From NCBI GenBank assembly GCA_964016885.1, contig CAXHJY010000152.1:103962-167961 (forward strand): a stretch of DNA of 64,000 nucleotides. The letters run 5' to 3'. The stretch comes from Eledone cirrhosa. Taxonomy: Eukaryota. The position numbers and the translations under genes were made by a program. Shown here in pieces: positions 39,157 to 53,799 of this stretch. Under the pieces are notes generated by a model. That model saw only the letters and a program-made list of their open reading frames with translations. It was not told the DNA's origin and ran no database searches. Position 1 is the stretch's first letter, and each line of letters starts with the position of its first letter.

Positions 39157-39701
39157 TTATTAACTAATTCTATCGTGCAATGCCTGTGAATATATTTTTT
39201 AAAGTGAGGAACGACTGTGCACTGAGCAAATCCCACTCTCTGAGCGACAGTAGCTATAACCCGAAAAGAAGAAAAGATCAACATCATCGGTAACTACTGA
39301 GCCGCAGGTTTTATATCGGAGTTATCCCAGTTTCCCGAGTTGCCCTCTCTTAGAAGAATGCCCTGACAAAGGCTAGAGGTCCTTCACTCCCAGTGGTTTA
39401 ACCACGCGGTACATGTGTATATACATATTTACACACTTTTGGATGGCCGTTGACTCTTACGAGTTCTTCCGCCCTTAGTCAGGTTTTGTTTTTTAACATG
39501 CAACCCAGTACAACCTGTCGCATGGTCGGGTCGTCGGCGACTAAACCGGCAACCCCAACTTTACTTGGTGAGGAGGGTGTTTTGGGACACCCTGCAGGAC
39601 ATACATACATACATAAACACATACATATATATATATATACATACATACATACATATATATATACATTCACATATATATATATATATACATAGACATCGAA
39701 A

Positions 39702-40052
39702 GGTGTGATGTGTTGTTTCCTTGAGCAAGACACTTTATTTTCACATTGCTCCAGTTTACTCAGCTGTAGAAATGAAATGATAGGACTGGGGTCTCTATCA
39801 TTCCACTCCAAAGTGGTCATGGAGGTGCCACAGCAAAAAAGCACCTAGCCCACACTGTAAAGTAGACGTGTAGGCGCCATGGTAAAAAAAACACCCAGCA
39901 CTCACTGTAAATGAGGTTGGTGTTAGGAAGGGCATCCAGAATCAGTTCCCATTTGAGCAAGACAAGATCAGCCGACCAGACACTGCCCACAACAGGACAA
40001 TCCATCTAGCCCATGCTAGCGTGGAAGAATGACGTAAAACCATGATGATGAT
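39702..40052 (+). mobile_element. SINE body joined to an RTE-LINE-type 3' tail
   Basis: The body matches 5715-5840 and continues into ctgtaaatgaggttggtgttaggaagggcatccag...(GAT)n, shared with the RTE 3' UTR. Confidence 0.8.
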
Positions 40053-41191
40053 GAACACATATATACATATATATACATATACATATATACATACATACAC
40101 ATATATATACATACATATACATATATACATACATACACATATATATATACATATATATATACACATATATATACACATATATATACACATATATATACAC
40201 ATATATATATACATATATATACACATATATATACACATATATATACACATATATATACACATATATATACACATATATATACACATATATATACACATAT
40301 ATATACACATATATATACACATATATATATACATATATATACACATATATATATACATATATATACACATATATATACACATATATATACACATATATAT
40401 ACACATATATATATATACACATATATATACACATATATATATACATATATATATATATATACACATATATATATATAATATATATATACACATATATATA
40501 CACATATATATATATACACATATATATACACATACATACATACATACATACATACATACACATATACATACATACATATACATACATATATATACACATA
40601 CATATATATACACACATACATATATATACACACATACATATATATACACACATACATATATATACACACATACATATATATACACACATACATATATATA
40701 CACACATACATATATATACACACATACATATATATACACACATACATATATATACACACATACATACATATACACATACATACATACATATATACATATA
40801 CATATACACATATATATACATATACATATACACATATATATACATACACATATACACATATACATATACATATACATACATATACACATATATATACATA
40901 CATATACATATACATACATATATATATATACATACATATATATATATACATACATATATATATATACATACATATACATACATACATATATATATATATA
41001 TACATACATATACACATATATATACATACATATACATATACATACATATACATATATATACATACATATATATATATATACATACATATACATATATATA
41101 CATACATATACATATATATACATACATATATATATATATACATACATATACATACATATACATACATATACATATATATACATACATATAC

Positions 41192-41226
<35 letters not shown>

Positions 41227-41291
41227 CATATACATACATATACATATATATACATACATATATATATATACATATATATACATACATATAC

Positions 41292-41365
<74 letters not shown>

Positions 41366-41366
41366 A

Positions 41367-41402
<36 letters not shown>

Positions 41403-41527
41403 TACATACATACATATATATACATACATACATATACATACATACATACATATATATACATACATACATACATATATATATATACATATATATACATACA
41501 TATATATATATACATATATATATATAC

Positions 41528-41567
<40 letters not shown>

Positions 41568-41569
41568 AC

Positions 41570-41637
<68 letters not shown>

Positions 41638-41709
41638 ACATATATATACATATATATACATACATACATATATATATATACATATATATACATACATATA
41701 TATATATAC

Positions 41710-41749
<40 letters not shown>

Positions 41750-41933
41750 ACATATATATACATACATATATATATATACATATATATACATACATATATA
41801 TATATACATATATATACATACATATATATATATACATATATATACATACATATATATATATACATATATATACATACATATATATATATACATATATATA
41901 TATACATATATATACATACATATATATATATAC

Positions 41934-41992
<59 letters not shown>

Positions 41993-42201
41993 CATATATA
42001 TACATACATATATATATATACATATATATACATACATATATATATATACATACATATACATACATATATATATATACATACATATACATACATATATATA
42101 TATACATACATATACATACATATATATATATATATACATACATACATATATATATATATACATACATACATATATATACATACATACATACATATATATA
42201 C

Positions 42202-42292
<91 letters not shown>

Positions 42293-42413
42293 CATATATA
42301 TACATACATATATATATATATATACATACATATATATATATATATACATACATATATATATATATATACATACATATATATATATATATATACATACATA
42401 CATATATATATAC

Positions 42414-42453
<40 letters not shown>

Positions 42454-42723
42454 ACATATATATATATACATATATATATACACATATATATATACACATA
42501 TATAACGAAGGAAATGTGGTAAGGAACCAGGTGGACCATAACGCACCAAAGTACTCAATACTTGAGGTAGTAGAGTGGGTAATAGGAACCAGTAAGACCC
42601 CGCCAGCTGAGCTCAAGCCGTTTCGATGGCTAATTCTGGACCATACACATATATATATATACATATATATACATACATATACATACATATATATATATAC
42701 ATATATATATATATACATATATA

Positions 42724-42755
<32 letters not shown>

Positions 42756-42894
42756 CATACATATATATATATATACACGTACATATATACATATATATAC
42801 ATACATATATATATATATATACATACATATATATATATATATATACATACATACATACATATATATATATACATACATACATACATATATATAC

Positions 42895-42927
<33 letters not shown>

Positions 42928-43100
42928 CATACATACATATATATATATACATACATACATACATATATATACATACATACATATATACATACATACATAT
43001 ATATACATACATACATATATATATATACATACATACATATATATATATACATACATATATATATATATACATACATACATATATACATACATACATATAT

Positions 43101-43145
<45 letters not shown>

Positions 43146-43328
43146 TACATACATACATATATATATACATACATACATACATACATATATATATACATAC
43201 ATACATACATACATATATATACATACATACATACATACATATATATACATACATACATACATACATATATATACATACATACATACATATATATATATAC
43301 ATATATATACATACATATATATATATAC

Positions 43329-43359
<31 letters not shown>

Positions 43360-43897
43360 CATACATATATATATATACATATATATACATACATACATAT
43401 ATATATACATACATATATATATATATATACATACATATATATATACATACATATATATATATATATACATACATACATATATATATACATACATATATAT
43501 ATATACATACATACATATATATATACATACATATATATATATATATACATATATATACATACATATATATATATATATACATATATATACATACATATAT
43601 ATATATATACATACATATATATATATATACATATATATACATACATACATATATATATATATACATACATACATATATATATACATATATATACATACAT
43701 ATATATATACATACATATATATATATATACATATATATACATACATATATATATACATACATATATATATATATACATATATATACATACATATATATAT
43801 ATATATACATACATATATATATATATATATACATACATATATATATATATACATATATATACATACATATATATATATATATACATATATATACATA

Positions 43898-44209
43898 CAT
43901 GGTGGCTGCCAACTCGTTTTCGAGTACGGCCACTACTTTATATACATGTAGGAGAACCCCTACCGATGCGCTGAACGAATGTGACTTTTTATTCCAGCCA
44001 GCGACTTGAAAACTCTGGTACAAACACTACACTTGTGACAATTATTGACACATAGTGCTGGGCCCATGGTACCATGTGACGACAAGTGCAGAGAGATCTC
44101 CAGATATAAAGCAATGCCTGTGCCGTGAAGCTTTTATAGTGAGCAAAGGCACTGCACAAAGCCAGTCCCACTCTCTTAACCAAGATGATATTTACCAAAA
44201 AGAAGAACA
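43898..44209 (-). mobile_element. 3' half of the bipartite RTE-derived element
   Basis: Near-identical to 7651-7960. Confidence 0.9.
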
Positions 44210-44254
44210 TATACATACATACATATATATATACATACATATATATATATATAC

Positions 44255-44336
<82 letters not shown>

Positions 44337-44440
44337 ACATATATATACATACATATATATATATACATACATATATATATATACATATATATACATACAT
44401 ATATATATATACATATATATACATACATATATATATATAC

Positions 44441-44515
<75 letters not shown>

Positions 44516-44817
44516 CATATATATACATACATATATCATCATCATCATCATCATCATCAACGTTTAACGTCCGTGTTCCATAAATTCAGGCTGTTCAGTT
44601 TGTTTACAAACGAACAAAGCGACGTTAGCGCCGCTAAACTGATACGTGCATATATGTATGTGTACCTGTATGCATATGTATGTATATATGTATATATATA
44701 TATATATATATATGTGCATGCTACTGTACGTCTGTATACATATATGTATGTACGTATACATGCATACTTACATATATATATATGTATATATATGTATATA
44801 TGTATGTATATATGTAT

Positions 44818-44858
<41 letters not shown>

Positions 44859-44951
44859 TATATATATGTATATATATATGTATATATATATGTAGATATA
44901 TATATATATGTATATATGTATATATATGTATGTATGTATGTATGTATATAT

Positions 44952-45251
44952 GTCAGGTCACCAGTTGGTGCTACTGGTAACATGTATCCCAGTACAACCT
45001 GTCTCATGGTCGGGTCGTTGGCGACTAAACTGGCAACCCCACCAAGGTTTCTTGGTGAGGAGGGTGACTCTGGACATCCTGCAGGACTAAAAACAAAACC
45101 TGTCAAAGGGCAAAGGAGCTCTTAAGAGACAATGGCCATCCAAAATCACCGGGAGAGATGACCCCTTAGCCTTTGTCAAGGCAGATTTCTAGGAGAAGGA
45201 AAACCCTGATATAACACCTGCAACCCTGATGGTATCCAATGATGTTGACTT
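44952..45251 (+). mobile_element. 5' half of the bipartite RTE-derived element, inverted
   Basis: Reverse complement of 7960-8256. Confidence 0.9.
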
Positions 45252-45533
45252 ACATATATACATATATATATGTATGTATATATGTATGTATATATATGTA
45301 TATGTATATATATATGTATGTATATGTATGTATGTATATGTATATATGTATGTATGTATATATGTAGGTATGTATGTATATGTAGGTATGTATATATATG
45401 TATATATGTATATATATGTATGTATATATATGTATATATATGTATGTATATATATGTATATATATATATGTATGTATATATATGTATATATATATATATA
45501 TGTATATATATGTATATATATATATATATGTAT

Positions 45534-48500
45534 ATCATCATCATCATCATCATCATCAACGTTTAACGTCCGTGTTCCACGCTTGCATGGGTTTGGACGG
45601 GGGTAGTCCCACTTGAGGCAAGAGTGATTGTCTTGCTCGCATAGGACTGTCTGGCAGGTTTTCTACAGTTGGATGCCCTTCCTAACACCAACCACATTTA
45701 CAGTGTGGGTCTGGGAGGTTTTTACCGTGTTGCCTACACGGCCACATTACAGCGTGGACTGTGTGTTTTTTTGTCGTGACACCTACACGATCTCATTTGT
45801 TTCGGCCTCGATGGCGCGGCACCAACATAACTTTACATAGAACGGGGTGGTGTGGATGGGGTGGGGGTGGTACTGGTGGGACGGGGTGTATTTTGTTAGA
45901 GATGCTTACTGGCTGGAGTAGGTTTTACTATATATTTAGGTAAGGCGGGTCTTCTCTGTTACTGAGTACCGCCAAAGGTCTCGGTCCAGTGACATTGTCT
46001 TGGAGAGGTGTAAGTGTGTGATGTCGGAGTTTATCAGCTCGTCCCAGGTTTTTCTAGGTCTGCCTATTCCGTGACTATCGTCTATCTTTATTGCCCTGCA
46101 CTTTGTTATACAGCTATCGACTCATGCGCATCACGTGTCCATACCAACGTAGCCTTCTCTCGAGTAAACAACATCTGATCCCTCTTATCTCTAATTTTTT
46201 CCTTAGTTCGTTTATGCTTTGCCGTTCACGTATATTACTGTTACACATCCAGCGGAGCATGCAAGCTTCGTTCCTCTCTAGTCTGCGTATATCCTCTGCA
46301 CACAATGCCCAGGTCTCACTGCCATGCAGCATTGCTGTTCGTATGCAGGCATCGTATAACCTGCCTTTCATTTTTAGTGAGAACCCTTTAGCAGCTAATA
46401 GTGGTATAAGCTCTCTGAACTTTTTCCAACCAGTTCTGACTCTAGCTACAGTACTTTCAGAGCACCCTCCCCCACTGCTGATTTTATCGCCCAGGTAACG
46501 GAAGCTATCCACTATTTCTATAGAACCCTCTGCGCAATTGAAAGAGCTAGTAGTTTGTGGGCACTTGCTGCTACTTATTGCACCAGAGCACCGGCCACAT
46601 GTAAAATCTATGTTCTTAGTTAGCTTACCTGTGATCCCACTACATCTTTTATGCACCCATACTTTGCATTTAGGACATAAAATGGAGTTTCTACCTACGC
46701 CTTTCCTACACACCGAGCACGACCATTTCCCAGAAGGGACCGCCGCCTTGTTTTCTTTCCTACAAACTAGTACTTTGGTCTTAGCCAGGTTAATTTTAAG
46801 TCCTTTTGACTCTAGGCCGTGCTTCCATGTTTGGAATTTCTTCTCTAGCTCGGCCATTGATTCCGCTATGAGTGTCAGGTCGTCTGCGTATAGGAGTTCC
46901 CATGGGCAGCCTGTCTTGAACTCCTCTGTTATAGCCTGAAGGGCAATAATAAATAGTAGTGGGCTGAGAACAGAGCCCTGATGGACGCCAACTTTTACGC
47001 TAAACTCTTCACTATATTCGTTGTTAATTCTAACCTTGCTGACTGTTTCTTTATACATGGCTTGTATAGCCCTCACAAGCCATTCGTCAACGCCTAGTTT
47101 TCTAAGAGCCCACCAGATAATGGAGCGGGGGACTCTGTCGAAGGCTTTCTCCAAGTCGACAAAAGCTAAGTAGAGGGGTTTACCTTTAGCTAGGTACTTC
47201 TCCTGTAGTTGTCGTACTATGAAAAGAGCGTCTGTGGTACTTTTGCCTGACACAAACCCGAACTGCATTTCATCTAGGTCAATTCTCTCTCTGATTAGTT
47301 GCGCTATTACTTTTTCCGTGACCTTCATGACCTGGTCGATTAATTTAATGCCTCTATAGTTACTCTTATCTAGGGCGTCTCCTTTACCCTTATAACGGTT
47401 AACGATGATGCTGCTATGCCAGTCCTTCGGAACAACCCCATTCTGTACGACTTGGTTAACTATGCGGGTGACCATGGTGTGTCCCACCGTGCCAGATGCC
47501 TTCAGCATCTCAGCAACTATTTCCGAAGGCCCAGCCGCCTTACCAGTCTTCATATCCTTGATTGCCTTACTTATTATACTCCCCTCGACTAACACTGCTG
47601 GTCCCTCTATTGGGTCGATATGGGGGAGACTGCCTTTCTCCCAATTATTCTCCTCATTTAGAAGCCTTTCATAGTGACACTTCCAAGCTACCTTCTTATC
47701 AGCGTCAGTGATGGCAAGTGTGCCATCGTCGTTTAGTACACACTTCTCCCCGACAATATCACGGTTTTCCTTGACGCATTGCCTAGCAATCCTGAACACC
47801 TCACGTTTTTGGTCATCGCGTTGTAGAACATGCTTGAACTTTCTTTCCTCAGCTTCCCTTCTTGCTAAGTACACTTGTCTCCTAGCTTCCCTCCTGGCCA
47901 CTTGATAGTCCTCTCTACTTCCCCCATCCCGCCATACTTTCCAAGCCTGCTTTTTTGGCCTTAATTGACCCCTCCACCTTACTGTTCCACCACCATGTTA
48001 CTCTCCTCCTGCCTACAGGCCTGCTCCAGCCACAGACCTCGTCTGTCGCCAACAGCAGGTTTGCTTTCAGAAATTCCCACTCTCCCTCTATATTGTCCGA
48101 CTCTAAATGTTCTTCCTTACTGTCGAAAGCATCAAGTAATATGCTTTGAAATTTATTCCTGGCTGTGGGGTCCTTTAGCTTCCATATTTTCCTCCTGAGG
48201 ATAGTCCTCTTCTGTTGTCGAGTACGTCTCGTCCTGACTATGAGGTCGCTAATTATCAGTCTATGTTGGGAGGTGCATTCTTCATGGGGGAGGGATTTAG
48301 TGTTAACAACAGACACTCTGTCACGTCTTCTGGTAAGGATATAATCTACCTGGCTTGTGTGTTCCCCGGATCTATAGGTGATCAGGTGATTGTCACGTTT
48401 TTTGAAGTTAGTGTTACAGATAGTTAGGTTATTTGCATCACAGAATTCCAGGATTCTGGAGCCTTCCTCATTTCTAGTACCAAACCCATAGCCTCCATGG

Positions 48501-49275
48501 ATTTCGTCGTAGCCGTCACAATGTTGTCCAACGTGACCATTTAGGTCGCCTGCGATAATTATATAGTCACTGTCGGATATTTGGGAGGTAGTTAGCATCA
48601 GTGTCTCATAGAATCTGTCTTTTATAGTGCCGGGCAGTCCGGATTGGGGTGCGTACGCAGATATTACTGTCACCGTAGTTCTATTGAGGACAAGTCGTAT
48701 TTTAATTATTCTGTCGTTCACTCTATTTACGTCTATTATCTTATCTGCCCACTTTTCTGCTACCATGATTCCTACTCCACCCAGCCCATCGTCGTTTCCC
48801 ACCCAGAAAAGCTTATAACATCGTTTTTTACCCTCAATGAACCTAGCAGACCCACCCCTCCACCTGGTCTCTTGAATACAACAAACATCGACCTCCTTAC
48901 GTTCAAGCATTTCTACAACCTCGTTAGCGCGACCCTTTAGGGTGCCTACATTTATGGTACCAACTCTGAAGTTTTGGATTGCGTTTGGGGGTTGGGGGCG
49001 GTGAGGGGCGGGGGGCGATGGGGTTATGTTAGCCGTCCGCGGTCGAAACAATGAAGAGTGCTCGCATTCTCGTCCAAGGGGTGAATTTGTCTTTATCTTT
49101 GGCATTGTCGCTGAGCGTCCAGATTTTTCTCTCTCACCTCCACTCTCCAGGATTCCGCAGTCCATCCATCCATCATATATCGTATATCGAAAGGCAACCA
49201 GGCAAGCGATAGTATAGGCCTCTGGTTTCTGATTGGTCCGCGTAATAATACTGGTGATGCGTGGGGGCTCTGTTA
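45534..49275 (-). mobile_element. Near full-length RTE-clade LINE (~3.75 kb)
   Basis: 5' leader, a single APE+RT ORF, 3' UTR and (GAT)n tail. Confidence 0.95.
45936..49105 (-). pseudogene. RTE ORF: AP endonuclease, reverse transcriptase and PHD-like finger; two frameshifts
   Basis: [37 protein letters not shown] (APE); NYRGIKL, QFGF, FVDLEKAFD, GVHQGSVLSPLLF, LYADD (RT). Breaks near 47950 and 46120. Confidence 0.93.
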
Positions 49276-49373
49276 TATGTATATATGTATGTATATATGT
49301 ATATATGTATGTATATATATATATATGTATATATATATAAATGTATATATATATATATGTATATATGTATGTA

Positions 49374-49424
<51 letters not shown>

Positions 49425-49551
49425 ATATATATGTATGTATATATATATGTATATATATATATATGTATATATGTATATATGTATGTATATATATATGTAT
49501 ATATGTATGTATATATATGTATATATATATATATGTATATATGTATGTATA

Positions 49552-49590
<39 letters not shown>

Positions 49591-49675
49591 ATATATATGT
49601 ATATATGTATGTATATATATGTATATATATGTATATATATGTATATATATATATGTATATATATGTATATATATA

Positions 49676-50073
49676 CAGTAACAGAGAAGACCCGCCTTGC
49701 CAGTAGGCATCTCTAACAAAATACACCCCGTCCCGCCACCACCCCCACCCCATCCACACCACCCCGTTCTATGTAAAGTTATGTTGGTGCCGCGCCATCC
49801 AGGCCGAAACAAATGAGATCGTGTAGCTGTCACGACAAAAAAAACACAGTCCACGCTGTAATGTGGCCGTGTAGGCAACACGGTAAAAACCTCCCAGACC
49901 CACACTGTAAATGTGGTTGGTGTTAGGAAGGGCATCCAACTGTAGAAAACCTGCCAGACAGTCCTATGCGAGCAAGACAATCACTCTTGCCTCAAGTGGG
50001 ACTACCCCCGTCCAAACCCATCCAAGCGTGGAACACGGACGTTAAACGTTGATGATGATGATGATGATGATGA
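49676..50073 (+). mobile_element. RTE LINE 3' end (deletion variant)
   Basis: Family 3' UTR and (GAT)n. Carries the same cgcctt|gccagtagg deletion as 53800-54222. Confidence 0.9.
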
Positions 50074-50141
50074 TATATGTATGTATATATGTATGTATAT
50101 ATATGTATATATATATATATATATATGTATGTATATATATG

Positions 50142-50172
<31 letters not shown>

Positions 50173-50250
50173 ATATATGTATATATATATGTGTATATAT
50201 ATATGTGTATATATATATATATATGTGTATATATATATATATGTATATAT

Positions 50251-50280
<30 letters not shown>

Positions 50281-50281
<1 letters not shown>

Positions 50282-50678
50282 ACTTTGAATAACTTTGAAA
50301 TGTTTTGGCCAGTATTGGCCCAGGCCATGTCTAACTTAATAGCACCACCTGGCGAAGTCTTTCAATTCAGGATTTGGGCACCATGGCCCATTCGAGAAGA
50401 GAATTACTGTTTGCGGAGACATATCCGGGTGTGGGTGGTTTGTCCGGGATTACTTGGAGGAATTTGTCCAAAGACTTCTTGAATTTTGTGTGGTCAGTTT
50501 CTGTTTTGACGTGTCCTGGTGTGATGTTGAAGAGAGCAGGGCCGATTGAGGTGAAATAATTGTGCCGTATTGTTGTTATGAGTTGCGATTTAGATTTTTG
50601 AATGGGACGGATAGCACGGGGCCCAAGCCTTGGGTGTATCTTGAAGGCGATGCCAACATCATTTGGGCAGTGATGATG
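50281..50678 (-). mobile_element. CR1-group LINE 3' end
   Basis: HCPNDVG...[21 protein letters not shown]...* and an (ATTCAAAGTT)n tail. Matches 56234-56620. Confidence 0.88.
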
Positions 50679-51047
50679 TATGTATATATATGTATATATA
50701 TATATGTGTATATATATATGTATGTATGTATGCATATATATGTATATATATATATATATGTAAGTATATATATGTATATATATATATATGTATGTATATA
50801 TATGTATATATATATGTATATGTATATATATGTATATATGTATATGTATATATATGTATATATATATACATATATATGTATATATATGTATATATATATG
50901 TATATATATATGTATATGTATATATATATGTATATATATATGTATATATATATGTATATATATATATATGTATATATATATATGTATATATGTATATGTA
51001 TATATATATATGTATATATATATGTATATATATATATGTATATATAT

Positions 51048-51623
51048 CATCATCATCATCATCATCATCATCAGGTTTAGCGTCCGTGTTCCACGCTTGC
51101 ATGGGTTTGGACGGGGGTTTTCCCACTTGAGGCAAGAGTGGTTGTCTTGCTCGCATAGGACTGTCTGGCGGGTTTTCTACAGTTGGATGCCCTTCCTAAC
51201 ACCAACCACATTTACAGTGTGGGGCTGGGAGGTTTTTACCGTGTTGCCTACACGGCCACATTACAGCGTGGACTGCCTGGCGGGTTTTCTACAGCTGGAT
51301 GCCCTTCCTAACACCAACCACATTTACAGTGTGGGGCTGGGAGGTTTTTACCGTGTTGCCTACACGGCCACATTTACAGCGTGGACTGTGTGTTTTTTGT
51401 CGTGACACCTACACGATCTCATTTGTTTCGGCCTGGATGTTGTGGGACCAACATAACTTTACATTGAAAGGGGCGGTGTGGGTGGGGTGGAGGTGGTGGG
51501 ACGGGAGTGTGTTTTGATAGAGATGCCTACTGACTGTAGTAGGTTTTTACTTTGTATTTAGGTAAGGCTGGTCTTCTCTATTACTGAGTACCGCCAAAGG
51601 TCTCGGTCCAGTGACATTGTCTT
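51048..51623 (-). mobile_element. RTE LINE 3' end with an internal 112-bp duplication
   Basis: Duplicate of 51860-52434. Confidence 0.9.
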
Positions 51624-51627
51624 ATAC

Positions 51628-51699
<72 letters not shown>

Positions 51700-51822
51700 T
51701 ATATATATATAATATATATATATATAATATATACATATATATATATATAATATATACATATATATATATATATAATATATACATATAATATATACATATA
51801 TATATATAATATATACATATAT

Positions 51823-51859
<37 letters not shown>

Positions 51860-53244
51860 ATCATCATCATCATCATCATCATCAGGTTTAGCGTCCGTGT
51901 TCCACGCTTGCATGGGTTTGGACGGGGGTTTTCCCACTTGAGGCAAGAGTGGTTGTCTTGCTCGCATAGGACTGTCTGGCGGGTTTTCTACAGTTGGATG
52001 CCCTTCCTAACACCAACCACATTTACAGTGTGGGGCTGGGAGGTTTTTACCGTGTTGCCTACACGGCCACATTACAGCGTGGACTGTCTGGCGGGTTTTC
52101 TACAGCTGGATGCCCTTCCTAACACCAACCATATTTACAGTGTGGGGCTGGGAGGTTTTTACCGTGTTGCCTACACGGCCACATTTACAGCGTGGACTGT
52201 GTGTTTTTTGTCGTGACACCTACACGATCTCATTTGTTTCGGCCTGGATGTTGTGGGACCAACATAACTTTACATTGAAAGGGGCGGTGTGGGTGGGGTG
52301 GAGGTGGTGGGACGGGGGTGTGTTTTGATAGAGATGCCTACTGACTGTAGTAGGTTTTTACTTTGTATTTAGGTAAGGCGGGTCTTCTCTATTACTGAGT
52401 ACCGCCAAAGGTCTCGGTCCAGTGACATTGTCTTGGAGAGGTGTAAGCGTGTGAGGTCGGAATTTATCAGCTCGTCCCATGTTTTACTGGGTCTGCCTAC
52501 TCCGTGGCTACCGTCTATCTTTATTGCCCTGCACTTTGTTATACAGCTGTCGTCTTTCATGCGCATCACGTGACCGTACCAACGTAGCCTACTCTCGAGT
52601 AAACAACATCTGATCCCTCTTATTTCTAATTTTTTCCTTAGTTCGTTTATGCTTTGCCGTTCACGTATATTACTGTTACACATCCAGCGGAGCATGCAAG
52701 CTTCGTTCCTCTCTAGTCTGCGTATATCCTCTGCACACAATGCCCAGGTCTCACTGCCATGCAGCATTGCTGTTCGTATGCAGGCATCGTATAACCTGCC
52801 TTTCATTTTTAGGGGGAACCCTCTAGCGGCTAATAGTGGTATAAGCTCTCTGAACTTTTTCCATCCAGTTCTGACTCTAGCTACTGTACTTTCAGAGCAC
52901 CCTCCCCCACTGCTGATTTTGTCACCCAGATAACGGAAGCTGTCCACTATTTCTATAGAACCCTCTGCGCAGTTGAAGGAGCTAGTATTTTGTGGGCACT
53001 TGCTGCTACTTATTGCACCAGAGCACCGGTCACATGTAAAATCTATGTTCTTAGTTAGCTTACCTGTGATCCCACTACATCTTTTATGCACCCATACTTT
53101 GCATTTGGGACATAAAATGGAGTTTCTACCTACGCCTTTCCTACACACTGAGCACGGCCATTTCCCCGATGGGACCGCCGCCTTATTTTCTTTCCTACAA
53201 ACTAGAACTTTAGTCTTAGCCAGGTTAATTTTAAGGCCTTTTGA
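51860..53244 (-). mobile_element. 5'-truncated RTE LINE with intact ORF C-terminus (52369-53244)
   Basis: [14 protein letters not shown]...PHD-like...HGSETW...RLRWYGHV...EKTRLT*, followed by the 3' UTR. Confidence 0.93.
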
Positions 53245-53762
53245 TATATGTATATATATATATATGTATATATATATATGTATATATATATATGTATATA
53301 TATATATATGTATATATATATGTATATATATATGTATATATATGTATATATATATATGTATATATATATATATGTATATATATGTATATATATGTATATA
53401 TATATATGTGTATATATATGTATATATATATGTATATACATGTATATATGTATATATATGTATATATATATGTATATATATGTATATATATATGTATATA
53501 TATATGTATATATATGTATATATATGTATATATATATGTATATAAATATGTATATATATGTATATATGATATCCCAGAAATATATATAACGAAATAAATA
53601 GTTTCCATTTGTTTAATATCGTAAACCTACTCCAGAAACTGTTGAGTGCTTTTATATCAGGTATAAAATATTTACTCGTTGTAACCCAACAATCTTAAAT
53701 AAAACTTTTGCATATATATGTATGTATATATATGTATATATATATATGTATGTATATATATG

Positions 53763-53795
<33 letters not shown>

Positions 53796-53799
53796 GTAT

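Noticed and set aside
53566-53712. Additional hammerhead (GAAATATATATA)
   Set aside because: Only the 3' half-like motif is present, with no CUGANGA or stems.
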